Source of the DNA: Owenia fusiformis
Taxonomy: Eukaryota
Length of the DNA: 64,000 bases
Assembly (NCBI GenBank): GCA_903813345.2
Contig: CAIIXF020000001.1
Location: forward strand, 47,554,001 to 47,618,000
Reading direction: 5' to 3'
Part shown: in pieces, positions 51,025 to 64,000 of the stretch
Numbering within the stretch: the first letter of the stretch is position 1
Layout of the letters: every line of letters starts with the position of its first letter
Notes under the pieces: generated by a model
Database searches by the model: none
What the model saw: only the letters and a program-made list of their open reading frames with translations
Told to the model about the DNA's origin: nothing
Program-made: the position numbers and the translations under genes

Positions 51025-51333
51025 CACCACTTGATGTTTCTGCATTATTGATGACTTTGGCAGGTCCATTTCCATTAGAACTAGAAGCCCAGACTTTTAT
51101 GCTATACCTTGAGTAGGCCTCTAAACCGATCAACAGGTACTGTTCATCTGATGTAGAAAACGTCTGACTCCAAGCAGTGTCATTGGTTTGATCACATGCT
51201 AGCTCTTGCAATAACTTATACTGGAGCATATATCCCCGTATATTGCAGTTTTGTTGGACATTTGCACTCCAAAAGACACGAAGCTGAGAGGCTGAAACAG
51301 CTTGGGCAAATAGTCTCATTACTGCACCTGGTC
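51025..51333 (-). CDS. RPTP FN3 repeat 3
   Basis: PGAVMRLFAQAVSASQLRVFWS...GLEAYSRYSIKVWASSSNGNGP; AAG acceptor. Confidence 0.88.
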
Positions 51334-51574
51334 CTTGCAAAAGTAATATGATATTCTGATAATAAATGTAATATTCAATATCATTTATACAAATTAGAAT
51401 TAATTGTAGCCAGGTCTAAAACAACATCTTTCCAGCGTCTACAAATTAGAAAACAGTACTGGCCAAACTAAATGTGAAGTCTATGTAAACCAGCAACAAT
51501 ACACAAAGGTCATGGTACGCATCTCATATTTATTTTCCTGTGCTTTAAATAAATCTGTTGTGCATTTTACTTAC

Positions 51575-51809
51575 TGCCCATAACTGTTTGTATGCTGGAG
51601 TGTGATGAATTTCTTCCCTCTAGGTGTCCATTGTTGATGATCGCTACCGCTATATCATACAAAGTACATGTGTCAAGCCCTGATATATTAACTGAGTTCT
51701 CACTGCCACCAACATCTTTGTAAAGAGTAAAGTCGGTTTCTGTCCTGGTTTTGTAGTAGACCCTATATAGCAGTATACTTTCACAGTTTACTACCCTCCA
51801 AGATGGCGC
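51575..51809 (-). CDS. RPTP FN3 repeat 2, C-terminal part
   Basis: APSWRVVNCESILLYRVYYK...ISGLDTCTLYDIAVAIINNGHLEG. Confidence 0.88.
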
Positions 51810-52380
51810 CTATGGGAATGAATAAAATAAATAAAAGAGTACAGGATTTTTGACGTAGATTTCTTCACTTTTACACTGCGTCTGATTCTTTTTGTGGTTA
51901 ATTTGCTCTTTAATTGTGTGATTTGAACTCCATTTAATGTTCCATGCACAGTAATGTACAAGGCAGATAAAAGTAAATTGTAAGAATGCAGAAGGGGTCA
52001 ACGAAAGTAGACTTGTGATCAGTTGATGTATTTTGGAAACGGATTGAATTTTACTGTGGGCATTCTTATTGGAAATGTTATTTGAGAAATAAATGCACTG
52101 CATCCTATACCTATGTGGGAAACATGAGGGGATATACAATATAATATATTGTATCCAGGATGTTGGATGATTATTTTCTATATGTGTTCCAAAATCTCTG
52201 AGGTTTAAGACATTCAGAAATTTCTGTCCCAGTTTCATCCATTTGAGCAAATCTTATTCAGATTTGTCTTTCATGCAGGTTGAATTTCAGATTGCAAAAG
52301 TGTAGTGGAATGTTCTATGAGACACATCTGATATGTACAGTAGGCTGTATACACAAGATCTATTTATCCATTATAGTTAC

Positions 52381-52469
52381 CTGCCACTTGACATGTATTC
52401 TAGCCTGAGAGGCATCATTTATGTCCAGATAGGTGGTCAGCTCAACAGCTCTAGGGCCAGTGGAGGGGG
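52381..52469 (-). CDS. RPTP FN3 repeat 2, N-terminal part
   Basis: PSTGPRAVELTTYLDINDASQARIHVKWQ. Confidence 0.88.
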
Positions 52470-52922
52470 CTGAAAGAAACACAATGATATAGCAGTAGTT
52501 CCACGAGGAACTTCTTTTCTTAATTGCTGTCAAATTAACCACAAGACAAATTGCTAAACTTTTCAAACAACAATAATTAACTTGGTCAAAAGTCAGAATA
52601 AAAACATAACAACAAAGACAATTCGTTATTTTTCGTTATAATTAAAAACACGTTATAATTACATCTTGTACAGTAACATCTTCCAAAAATAAATCTAGGC
52701 ATGGTATTTTGAAGTCTCGGTAAAATTATTTAATAATATTAATAATATAAGAATAATGAATTTCCCAAATGACTACTAAAAATTAAAACTAAAAAAAGAT
52801 GTGTAGACCAGTGGTCAAAACTAGATCTAAAGGCTACCACAAACAATTTTATACTCTATCTAAAAGGTCTAAAAAGTTCACTAACAGCTGGTTGTATGTT
52901 TAAGTTGATCTCACGTATGTAC

Positions 52923-53068
52923 CTGAACATGTAGATAGTACAGCAACAGGCCCGGGAAAACTCAGCAAACTGTTCCTATTGATCGCAATCATTCTAAACT
53001 GGACTGTCTCCCCTATTGTAAGCCCATCTAACCTAAATTCTCGTCTGTATTTGCCTGCTTTCCTGTGC
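52923..53068 (-). CDS. RPTP FN3 repeat 1, C-terminal part
   Basis: HRKAGKYRREFRLDGLTIGETVQFRMIAINRNSLLSFPGPVAVLSTCS. Confidence 0.88.
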
Positions 53069-53309
53069 CTATAAGAAAAAGTATTGATGTTCTTGTACAC
53101 AATTTACTATAAAATCCAACTCTTGGTAAACCTTATGGAGTGTGTAACTTTAAGTGCAGGGAAGAAACTACAAGGTGTATTGAGGTTACAAAGTGTAGTG
53201 GTTAAATACTACATGCAGTATTTAAGGAAGTAGCAGTGTGGGAAAAACAAAAGACAAGGCATTAACATGACAAAATGTCATATAGCTGCTCACAATCTTA
53301 TTAGTTCAA

Positions 53310-54070
53310 TCTTAGGTCAGATTTGAACATCTTGTAGATGGCATTGAAAAAATAGGTCAATTTGAAGCAAGTTGAAAAAAGACCTTTTTTACCTTGAGAT
53401 GGTCATTGAAGGTCAAGTCTTAAATCTAAAAATCATATTTGCATTCCTGATAACTAGCAGATGATTATGAAAAAAAATTGGTCATATTGAAATTGGCAAG
53501 TTGAAAAAGACCTTTTTGACCTTTTGTGACCTTGAGAAGTCAGATTTGAACTTCTGACAACCTGTGGATGATTTGAAAAAATGGTCAATTTGAAGCCAAT
53601 TGAAAAAATAGCTTTTTACCCTTTTTGACCTTGAGAAGGTCATTGTAGGTCAAATCTCAAATCTAAAGTCAGATTTGTACTTTTGAGAACTTGTAGATGA
53701 TTTTGAAAAAAATTGAATTCAGTCTTAACAGCATTTGTTTAAGTTACTGGAAGTTGTTAGAATTTGCTAAATGCCCGACGCAAATTGCTGCCTACAAACA
53801 GCTGCCTTCCAACTGCCACCTGCCAACCGCTGCCTGCCAGATGCCAATCACAGACGCAAGAAAACGGAGACCAATTTGAATCAAGTTGAAAAAAGGCCTT
53901 TTTGACCTGAGAAGGTCATTGAAGGTCAAATCTCAAATCTAAAGTAAGATTTGAACTTCTGAGAACTTGTAGATGATTTTGAAAAAAATGAAGTCAGTCT
54001 AAACAGCATTTATTTATATAAAATATTGGAAGTATTTGTTATAGATGCCGAACGCCAGCCGACACCTGCC
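53310..54070. repeat. Degenerate interspersed repeat with internal tandem units (TGACCTT/AAGGTCA-rich)
   Basis: GGTCATTGAAGGTCAAATCTCAAATCTAAAGT...GATTTGAACTTCTGA recurs 3-4 times; CTGCC-rich stretches. Confidence 0.6.
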
Positions 54071-54339
54071 AACCATCATTGGTGGTGACATAACTATTAG
54101 TGGTGACATTAGAATACAAAATATAGTGAGAGGAATACCAAGTGTTACTTTAAAGGGGACTCTAAAATGTAGAGAAGGTATGGTTTTAAAGATTTCAATG
54201 AGGGTATGGTTTTAAAGATTTCAACAAGGCTGTGCTTTTAAAGATTTCTATAGTCTCGTTTTAATATGAACAGGCTAGAATTTTCATTTTCAAACATTCA
54301 CTTTTTAAAACTTTCAATAATATTACTTATATACGTGTA

Positions 54340-55376
54340 CAGGGTGTCCAATAAATAAGGTGAAAGATATTGTAACTTTCTTAATATTGCACCAATCTTT
54401 ATGAAATTTTCAGAGTTTGTAGCCCAAACCTTTTTACCTCTATTCTGTGAATTTAAAGCGTCCTTTTTTTGATTGGCCAGAGTTGTGGTTGCTATAACAA
54501 CCGAAACAACAAAAAGGTGGGGCAAGTTTGTTTACGTTGCAACTTTTCAAAACATATTTATTCTTTCTGATAGCTTTATTCATACTCCCAGGTCTATTAC
54601 TACCACAAATACAATATAAAAACAGTCCTAAAGTCCCATTGTTATGAAAATAAGCTATATAACATAATGTCCATCTCTAGCTATACACTTCTTATGCCTA
54701 TTCACCCACTCTCAAAACACACTTTAAACCCATTCTGGCCCATTTCCTGAGGTCTTGCTAAGACATGTGATCTGAGTTCACACACAGCTATGCTCATTAT
54801 TAGTGAAATTATTAGGGCACTGGGGCTACCCCTACTTGCACACCCTCCATATTCCCCACACCTTGCACCTAATAACTTTTACTTATATGCAGAACTCAAG
54901 CTTGACTTGAGAGGAAATAAATTTGGAAGCACTAATGAACTCAGATCACATGTTTTGGCAAGACTTCAGGAAATGGGCAAGAATGGGTTTGAAAGTGTGT
55001 TTAGAGAGTGGGTCAATAGGCATTAGAAGTGTATAGCTAGAGATGGACATTATGTTGAATAGCTTATTTTCACAACAATGGGACTTTAGGACTTTTTTAT
55101 ATTGTATTTGTGGTAGTAATAGAACTGGGAGTATGAATAAAGCTAGCAGAAAGAATAAATATGTTTTGGAAAGTTGTGACGTAAACAAACTTGCCCCGCC
55201 TTTTTGTTGTTTCGGTTGCTATAGCAACCACAACTCTGGCCAATCAAATAGAAGACGCTTTTAATTCACAGAATAAAGGTAAAAAGGTTTGGGCTACAAA
55301 CTCTGAAAATTTGATCAATATTGGTGCAATATTAAGAAAGTTACAATATCTTTCACCTTATTTATTGGACACCCTG
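54340..55376. mobile_element. Foldback mariner derivative with ~440-bp inverted arms and a transposase C-terminal relic
   Basis: TA|CAGGGTGTCCAATAAATAAGG...CCTTATTTATTGGACACCCTG|TA; 54790-55026 encodes LLAHPPYSPHLAPNNFYLYAELK..LRG (mariner HPPYSPDLAPxDF motif). Confidence 0.92.
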
Positions 55377-55393
55377 TACATTGAGATACATAC

Positions 55394-55544
55394 CTAAACC
55401 AGGTGACATTTGATGCAGATTTAGACTCAATAATGTAGCTGTATGCATCAGGTGCATCATCTTCCCATGTCACTTGGATGAAGTGCTTACCCCTTTGTTG
55501 CAGACTAGGTGGACTATAGGGTCTAGGAATGCTTGACCTGTTTG
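55394..55544 (-). CDS. RPTP FN3 repeat 1, N-terminal part
   Basis: NRSSIPRPYSPPSLQQRGKHFIQVTWEDDAPDAYSYIIESKSASNVTWF. Confidence 0.85.
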
Positions 55545-55690
55545 CTGCAAAATAAAAGTGTATATGAGAATTGCTCAAGCTAATATAAAAACTGGTTCAA
55601 TATGAGCATGTTATGAGCAGGTTTTAAAATATTTGTAAATATGTTTGAAGGGATATTACCCATATCATACCGACAGGTAAATAACAATGT

Positions 55691-55934
55691 TATACCATGG
55701 TCAAGAGCATAAATTATTTTTTTGAAAAAATGAAAAATTTCGAAAAAATGATTTTGAAAAAAATGTTGTTTTTTGAAAAAGTGAATTTTTGGGGAAAAAT
55801 TGTAAAATTTTTGAATTTACCCAATATCAATATTATCCCTGATATCATCTCGCTAAACCCGATATCGTCCCTGTCCCAAATATGTGATTTATCACATGCT
55901 ATTATATACCTGATATTGCTCTGACCATGGTATA
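55691..55934. mobile_element. MITE
   Basis: TATACCATGGTCAAGAGCA ... TGCTCTGACCATGGTATA. Confidence 0.6.
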
Positions 55935-55983
55935 ATTGTCTTGGTCATAATCTTTCTAAACATAAACACTACATAGGTGTTAC

Positions 55984-56127
55984 CTGTCTGACAATCCACT
56001 CCTGACCAGCCTACATCACATCCAGATCTATGACAGGCACCTCCTAGTATCCTATCACAGACCTCATTTGGGTCATTACAATGGCATTCCTTCACACAAT
56101 TCCTGCCATATGTGAAATCTGGACATT
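55984..56127 (-). CDS. RPTP EGF-like (MEGF/Tie-type) exon
   Basis: CPDFTYGRNCVKECHCNDPNEVCDRILGGACHRSGCDVGWSGVDCQT; phase 1-1. Confidence 0.9.
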
Positions 56128-57015
56128 CTAAAATTGAAAGTTACAATACATGATTCAAGGCAGAACTGTATGAGTATTAATAAGGTCAGTGTTCGCCCTA
56201 CTTTTCAAAAGTGAATGGTGGAAAAGTCTAAATGAAAATTGATGGGTGGTGGCATTATTATTAGAGTGGTGAGAAGTTAACAAAAGTGCGCTGAAAATAA
56301 TTGGGTCCATTTTGATCAATTGACAATAGTTATGTATTAACATAAAATCACAATTTTAATATATCAGACTTAATAATAGTTCTATTATCTTCACATGTTC
56401 AGTAGCTTAGCATTAAGTTACCTCTATCTTACCCTCAGGTGTTAAAACTGTATCAAATTGGATATCTTATATTTATGTGATATCTCTAACACATAGAATA
56501 ACATTAAGCAGATTACACAGAGGTGTTGCTAAACACTTGATAGATGAAAAGAGCAAGCTTTAAATGCGTTTTATTTGAATCTTCTAGCTCAATTTTGAAG
56601 GAAGTTGCATCAATTTTTCTCAAATTTAAATCTTAAAATTTGGGGTTGCTTATGCCACAATCAGACCCCCTGACTGAAAACCGAAATTCTTTTGGCAATC
56701 ATACCCCCTCTGACTGAAAGCTTGCTATGCCCCTGGTACTCATACAATCTGAGAGATTTTGTACACGGTTTGTTGAGTTTACACTCTCCATGCTAGTAAA
56801 TCATATGAACGCGTGTATTTGTGAATGCAGTGTTTAAGATTTACATTAATACAGTATAAGTCAAACAAATGCTTGTACAACTTGCATGAAGGTTTTTTCT
56901 GATCATGAAGACATCACACCATGATGTAACAAAAATTGGTTTCTAGAGTTGTATGAGATTTTGTTCGAGATTTTTTCAAAATCTTGTCTGACTTTTGACT
57001 TTCTATATACATGTA

Positions 57016-57654
57016 CACAGGGTGGTATCGAAAGGTCTGTCCGCTGTGACGGAGCATGTTATTTTTCACAAAAACATTAAGAATACTACACGATCTATTT
57101 TTTAACTCATATGTTTTGTTATACCAAAGAAAATTACCTACTCCATGCAATGGATATATCATTTGCAGGTAACCTTCACTTCTAATTGAAGTCCAATAAC
57201 GCTAGGAACGAAAGCTATTGAAAACAGTGCCAGAGTATCAAACTCCAAAATGTACCATTTCTTTTTCAACTTTTTAATGGCATGATATAGTGACAAGATA
57301 ATTTTTATGTATGATTTAAGCATAACTTTGAATGTATTAATGAGATCTGGATGTATTGGGTCTTTTTAATTTCTTTTTAAAAATAATGTTTAATTTTTTT
57401 GTCCGCTTTAATGGAGCAGTTGCAAATATGCATTTTAGAGTTTGATACTCTGGCGCTGTTTAAATAGCTTTTACTCCTAGTGTGATGGGATTTCATACAG
57501 AAGTGAAGGTTATCCAAACATGATACATCCATTGCATAGAGTAAGTAATTTTCTTCGGTATAATGAAACATATGAGCTGTGAAGTATTCTTAGTGAATTT
57601 ATGAAAATTAGCATGCTCTGCCACAGCGGACAAATCTTTCGGTACCAGCCTGTG
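57016..57654. mobile_element. Second, internally deleted copy of the CAC..GTG palindromic MITE
   Basis: Matches 9731-10562; ATACATGTA on both flanks. Confidence 0.8.
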
Positions 57655-58394
57655 ATACATGTAGAAGGTGATGTACAAACTCCCATGCAGTGTCTCGGAA
57701 TAGACACTGCAGTGGGCAGATGAAAAAATAATCAGAATTTGGAGAAAATAGTCCCACTTCTCATCATAGATGGAGTCATTTTTCACACAACTTAAGATTA
57801 AGAGTTTAAATTTTTGTTGTTAATGTTTCACCGCACGTGTGTCTATAAGTTAATAGGCAAAATTCAACCAATGAACTTGTCTAGATTTTACAATCATGCA
57901 ATACCAGCATGAGACAAGAACCAATCACATCACCCGCCGCAGTGATATGTTGGAAACTAGCACTGCCATGGAGTTTGGTCGCCGTATTGTAGAAACCAGC
58001 TAGGATGTAAATGTCACTTGTCTTCAAATCTCGCACCCTATGTGAGAGTACACCTTATTCGGTTGTGATACAAACCAAAACAACCCAATAAGGTGTGTAT
58101 TAATGATTCACTTTCCTGTTATCTCAAAATCTGCTTGGAACTATACCATTGGATTACTATGGGAAATTCCTCAAAGATACTCAACAATACACAGAACATG
58201 GTTTAAAGGTTGGGAGAATTTGAAATCAATCGACTGAACAATGAAAACTTGTCCTTCTTGACACTATACACTGCAGGAGATATTTATGTGAATGACCATG
58301 TTTTCGTCTATTGCATATTAGTTTATTCAAACATACTCCACAATGACATTATAACAGCTCTCAGCATAGTAGGTAACAACTGTATTGTACTCAC

Positions 58395-58667
58395 CACATT
58401 TAGAGATATTACAGTAACCATAAGTTTTGCGACCAAACTCAGAATCTCGGTAACACCAAGGTCTCAAACCCAGATATTTATTTGGATTGCGACATAAATT
58501 GTGACGAATGATTTCTGGGTCACCCTCAGGAAAATAGCTTCGTTCATGATAATGGTGCTCTTGGGGTGTATCTTTACTCCAAGCTTGACATGGTGTATCA
58601 AATTTAGTTGTGTTTAAACATCCTATATAGTATCTTCCTTTCTGTCTGTCATAATAGCAGGATGATG
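58395..58667 (-). CDS. Kringle-domain exon, predicted part of the RPTP
   Basis: SCYYDRQKGRYYIGCLNTTKFDTPCQAWSKDTPQEH...HNLCRNPN...RPWCY...YGYCNISKC; TTTCAG acceptor, GTGAGT donor, phase 1-1. Confidence 0.88.
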
Positions 58668-59132
58668 CTGAAACATTATCATAATAACTACATACAGCAG
58701 AATAGCTTTCATATATATATATTATATAAGGAATATGGGAAATCATTATTACATAATGTTGTATATCTTGAGAGGCTGCTATATCATAACATCAAGTTAC
58801 CATACCAACTGATTTTTCCCCCATTGTTGTTTTTTCAAATTTGTCCATATTTTGACACTTTAGGGCCAAATATCTGGCCATTTAGAACAGTTGCAAATGT
58901 TAAAAAAAGACAACTCTCACTTAAAAGTTTTCCATTGTACCACTGTGAAAAGTAGTATTTTGATGTCATCAAAGAAAACAATTTAGTTTTGAAATTCCCT
59001 CTATGCGAAAATATACATACAGCCAGATTTTAAATCTAGTATAATTTTTTTTGCACTATCCATGCATACAGTATATTTCTTAATTTAATTGACTGTAAAC
59101 ATCAACTGAAACACTCTCTCAAAGCCAAAAGA

Positions 59133-59436
59133 GATTGCAGAGGTATACATATCAATTTTTTGATAGGCCAGTAATTCAAAATGTCCACCATCACCTCCGG
59201 GAATTTTTTCTGGGTATGTTACGAGCATTACCAAATACTGGTTATATCTTTTTTCTTCAGTATCTGAGTATATTACCAGCATTACGTAAGTGGAGTTACA
59301 CAAGGTGTCTTTGGCACCAGATATAACCCGACTCAGTAATGCTTGTAATATACTTGGAAATAATTTCAGAAGTTGATGGTAGACATTTTGAAATTCTGGA
59401 TGGTCTAAAGATGGAAGTGTATACTGCTCTGCAATT
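59133..59436. mobile_element. Degenerate palindromic MITE
   Basis: TTGCAGAGGTATACA...TTCAAAATGTCCACCATCA vs TGATGGTAGACATTTTGAA...GTATACTGCTCTGCAA. Confidence 0.6.
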
Positions 59437-59629
59437 AAGAAACATGAAGCCTCAACTATTTTGACTCAACTATTTTATTTAAAGTATCGGAGGGTAAGAA
59501 ATATACTAGCTTGGGCCAAAAATTTTTGACTTCTGAAATATAAAGTAAGGTTCTATTGAAAGCTCCCAAAACCAGAACCAAGAGATGGGATTTTTACTGT
59601 GAATCCCAATTACCCCCTCTGATACTTAC

Positions 59630-59806
59630 AGAGTATGCATCCCCAGCCCCATGATAAGCCATCACAGGTTGAGCCGAAGTCACACTTTCCAGTGAAGCTA
59701 TCACAACTAGCTCCATTTGTACAGTTGCATGTAAAATGGCAGTTCCAGCCAAACTTTCCTCTTCTGCATACTGGGTAACGTTCAGGTTGAGATGTCGTAT
59801 CACAGT
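59630..59806 (-). CDS. EGF-like exon, most 5' RPTP exon identified
   Basis: CDTTSQPERYPVCRRGKFGWNCHFTCNCTNGASCDSFTGKCDFGSTCDGLSWGWGCIL; phase 1-1; no signal-peptide exon found in the window. Confidence 0.85.
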
Positions 59807-60445
59807 CTGAAAAGCATTAAACATCAAATTTTTTATCTAAACATCAAAGAAAAATTTTTTCAAGGACAAACCTGCTGGTAAACATTATTGTAATATTTGA
59901 CACATCCTGATTGTTGCTTAGACATGATTTATATATGCACTAATTTGTTGGTTTATCAGGAATTGTCACCAGAAGATTTGCCTATTTTGAGCCCTCAAAT
60001 TCTACTTTGTGTGCAAAAGCGGGTCCTTCAATTTTCATCCATATTCTGAATGTTTTCTGAGCCCTTCTGAAAAGGTAATATTTCAAAAACATTTAAAAAG
60101 CATTCAATTTGCCAATGAAAATCTTTACTTATGAGTCCCATGGGACAAAGTGAGACTCAATGGGACTCCATGGGGAGTATTGGTGTATGTTGGGGTTAAC
60201 ACTGAGTTGGACATATTGGAACTTCATGAGGCTGTGCCACATTCTTCCTGAACTGAACATGAAATAATATTTATCAAAAACTATATTTTAGAGCGCAAAA
60301 TGCCAAAAACTAGCGGATAATAATTAATCCTCTGGTATTCAAGAGATTAATGAGGTATAGTTTGCCTTCTACATTGCTTTTTCATTCTGCAAATAATAAA
60401 ACATTTATCGGCATTTATCTGCCTTAATTATATATGCACAACTAA

Positions 60446-60961
60446 GGGGCGGGGTCAAAATATCAATGTTCATATGGAGACGAAAGTAATTTCGTTTGGA
60501 CAACAACCCCCCCACCCCCCCCTCTAGACGAAAGCTTAGGTCACTTCAAAAAAACATTGATTTTCAGTGACTGTCAAATGATTTGGAACCCGTGATTACA
60601 TTGATGAACATGTAACCTTTATACCTTTTTACGGTGAATTAACACACGTTCGCAATTTAACTGCATTGAACTCTTCAAAAGGAGGAGGGAAAAGTACGGA
60701 ATTTATTTGAAAAATGATCGAATTATCGTCTTTATCTACCGATATTTCGGACCTATCACACAAAAAAGCTCACGAACTATTGAAAACAAGCCTTTTTATC
60801 AGAACATAGCGCCAGAAAAAGTGGGTAAGTCCAATTATTTTTTGTATATCAGATCCGAATTATCGATGTTTTTTTGGTCAACGAAAGTGCCCAAAAACCC
60901 CCTCCCCCCTCGCGAAAGTACTTTCGTCTCCATATGAACATCGATATTTTGACCCCGCCCC
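60446..60961. mobile_element. PIF/Harbinger-type MITE
   Basis: TAA|GGGGCGGGGTCAAAATATCAATGTTCATATGGAGACGAAAGTA...TACTTTCGTCTCCATATGAACATCGATATTTTGACCCCGCCCC|TAA; ~43-bp TIR, TAA TSD. Confidence 0.88.
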
Positions 60962-62939
60962 TAACATACAAACATTGCATACAATGATGAACCCAAGGAA
61001 AAGTAGAATTCAAATGAAGGCACACAACAAAATGGAGGATTGGAAAACAAGATATCAGTAAAAATCAAAGACCAGTGGTCACGATTATTGTTGTAATATT
61101 TATTTATAGCCCCCCCCCCTCCCTTTTTCATTTTGAGAATTTCTCAATATTCATTTAATATTGAATGTGATGAAGATCCATAATGCAAAGTCTACTTAAA
61201 TTTGAAGAACAGGAAGAATGTTATATGATTATGTTATTGTAGATAGCCAGATAAAAAACTTGAATGTGAATGGTGAAATAACCTCCAATGATGAAATCAT
61301 TAAGAACCAACTAACATTCTAATGAAATCACCCGAACTAACAACAAAAAGCTATTGAACCACCCAGAGACTAATTCAAAAGGGTTGAGAAAAAGGTAATG
61401 AGCCAAATTAATGATGAGGCACAGGACCAAAAAGGAAAACATAACAGGAAACAGGAATTCATCAAAGACTACACTATAATGAGGTTACTGAGATGAGGAT
61501 GCCATATGGGACAAATCATTATTTCAAAACCATTTTATGAAGTCACAAGAACAGATACCTAATTAAAACAGCCTAGATTATGAAGTTGAGAAAAAAATAC
61601 AAGGCAACAGATTTGGTCATGAATTCGAAGTTTTGTCTCAGCTCATAACAATGAAACCCAGTATGTTTTATACAAGTGAAGGACAAAAATAGCAAATTGC
61701 TGATTTATGAAAACCAGATGACCCAAGTGTTATTGAGTCATACTTGCTTTACTTGCAAGATTGATTCCAACTTTCAATGTTAGCCACTATTAACAGCTAT
61801 CTTGCGTTTCTGCTTGTAAGATCTGCTGGTAAAATTACTTACCATATGGTGCTTGCTATAGGTTAACAGTTAACTTGTGGTTGTCTCAAGAATGGCAATG
61901 ATCACTGCTCTTTTATAAACCCACAATCATTTAGAAAATGCAACTGATGAAAAGGTTGAGTTGTAAAAGGGATGAACTTATGTCCAGGGAAGTGATTTCA
62001 AGGGGATGAGATGTCTTGAGAATGAGTTGTCCAGGCAGAATTCCAGGAGATGAGTTATCCCCTGAGTTATAGGGAGGGTAACATTAAAAATACCATTTGA
62101 CAGGGCCAAGTTGTCTTTGGGTCAGTTTGACATTTGGATGAGGGATGAGTTTTTATGGAATGAGTTGTCAAGAAGGATGTACAATAATCATAATGATAAA
62201 GTCATCTCTGAATGGTAAAGACAATTCTACAAATCAGTAGCCCTGCCCCTACTACTGGTGACTGTCCCAGTCCAGGTTGTAACAAACGAAAAAGAATGTT
62301 TAAAACATGCTCAATGTTGGTTAATACTTGGAAAACAATTACTTCAGAGGAAATGACCATAAATAGAAAATGACTATAATTAGGAAACCATCCTTCATTC
62401 ACCAAAAACTCAAGTTGGCTCAGCGAGTTCAAAGGTTATATTTCAATCCACGAATGCAAAGAATATAGAGGGGATGCCGAGATAAATTTTCCCATGGCGT
62501 GATTTCTCATTTGATTAACAACGTAATGATATCATAAAATACCATTTTAAGATGACGCATTAATAAATATATAATAACATAACTACTACTTAGGAAATAA
62601 GCAACTTCAAGAGATAATGTTATCTTAACAAACAGTATCAGGAAGTGATATTTAATATTTCATAAACTCTCAACTGTAAAAAACATGAAGCATGTGAATT
62701 GAGGTTGTGTTATGCCACCCTACTTAAAGTGTAAAGCCATTTTTCTTTTTGGCTTTTTACTGATCAACTTCATTGCCATTGTCTCTTATCCCACAAAATC
62801 AAGTGTCTCACAATATCTTAAATATGATCTATAGAAAAGGTTGAGTCGGTTGACACTTGACATGACCTTGTGGTAATGCCTCCTGAATAGATCTACCATT
62901 ACATTGTAAAGAAATAACACTAGAATTTACCACACTGAC

Positions 62940-63220
62940 TACCCTGCGTGTAGAGTCTAGTTAAACTACACTCTGCCTAGTAGAGACCATATTACAGTTT
63001 AGTAGCCCCGCCCCCAAATGCGTTCTAATTAAATATGCGTATTTCATTGGTCAATTCCGGGCTCAACGATGACGTCAGAAGGAATGACCATATAAAGAAC
63101 GTCGGTCAAAATTGGCCGACGAACACTGATTGGCGCGGTAATTCACAGGTTTATTTTAGTTTGAAAGAGTGAAGACGAAGCTCTCTTTTAAGAAGTGAAG
63201 TCGAACGAATGCAAAGGGTA
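62940..63220. mobile_element. TACCCT..AGGGTA non-autonomous element, copy 2, 9-bp TSD (MULE-like by TSD length)
   Basis: CACACTGAC at 62931-62939 and 63221-63229; inverted copy of 15736-16118 lacking ~100 bp. Confidence 0.8.
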
Positions 63221-64000
63221 CACACTGACAAACAACTGTTTATTTTATTTTCACCACCTCTCAAAAGAAATCATACTCAATATTCAAGTCAACAAATAAT
63301 TTTGACATCTGACTTGTGTATTATTTATGTGACCTTGACTTGGATGAGATTATATCAAATATCACCCCCTCCCCCAAAAAAACTAAGCCTTTATCCCAAA
63401 ATTCACCTCTCCAGGTGGACTTTTTAACTTAACACAAAAAAAGCTTTTATTTATATTTCTCAATTGAAAGCACTGTTTTGCCATTTAAACGCAAGAATGT
63501 GAAGTGGCCACATGTTAAACAATCATAAGAAACTATAAACACTGGATTCAGTCGATTGTGCTCACAAAATATTGAATGTTAAAGATAAAAAATGATTAGG
63601 GATTACTCCTCAGGCGATCAATAAAAACAAAAAATTCCACGATTTAAAATGTGTATTTCGACAACTTTGGCAAAATGTTCATATAAACACTGTACATTGT
63701 GTCAATAAAAATGAAATAAATATGAAACGTGTTGTAAGGGCTGTTGTTTCTAGAATTAACCCACATGTATAAAGTGTATTAAGATATTTCCTTCCTCTTC
63801 TAAAATAAAAGAACCACGCTGACTTTCAACTTCTACTTCAATAATCCCTTTAGGGAGATTTCCATAACAGAATCTCTTATCTTTAGCTGTTATAACACCA
63901 TAAGAAGAGAAGGTGTCAGAGATGGGGGTTTGATCCTTTATTCATCTCACACATGTTATCTTACACAGCAGTGCTATAGAACATAATGAACCAACTGCTA

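Noticed and set aside
51810..52250. 146-aa ORF on the - strand
   Set aside because: AT-rich intronic sequence between two phase-matched exons, with no domain features.
61843..61945. Candidate upstream RPTP exon (strong GTAAGT donor on - strand)
   Set aside because: All three frames have stops from the plausible acceptors; it could be UTR but is unsupported.

Overview
AT-rich, intron-rich animal genomic DNA, probably from a marine invertebrate (inferred from gene content and repeat types). There are two convergent, 5'-incomplete protein-coding genes. (1) On the + strand, the last three exons (4811-5206, 23954-24127, 24787-24986) of an activin/inhibin-beta-like TGF-beta ligand with a furin site and a 9-Cys mature domain. 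(2) On the - strand, 31 phase-consistent exons (59806 down to 35574, about 1,650 codons) of a receptor-type protein tyrosine phosphatase: EGF-like, kringle, EGF-like, six FN3, furin-site stalk, TM, active D1 and divergent D2. The most striking structure is an 18,454-bp foldback-type element (5216-23669) inserted 9 nt into the activin-like gene's intron. It has an 8-bp target-site duplication (TAAGAATC), AG..CT termini and about 3.2-kb near-identical inverted arms, each made of a unique outer domain plus a 135-bp satellite shared with a Helentron-like element elsewhere in the window. It has no transposase ORF, and its cargo is nested MITEs, a 32-bp satellite and a promoter-like core. The rest of the window holds many MITEs, a foldback mariner relic and 46-bp and 135-bp tandem arrays. 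Coordinates were read by eye. Superfamily assignments are inferences from termini and TSDs, not database results.
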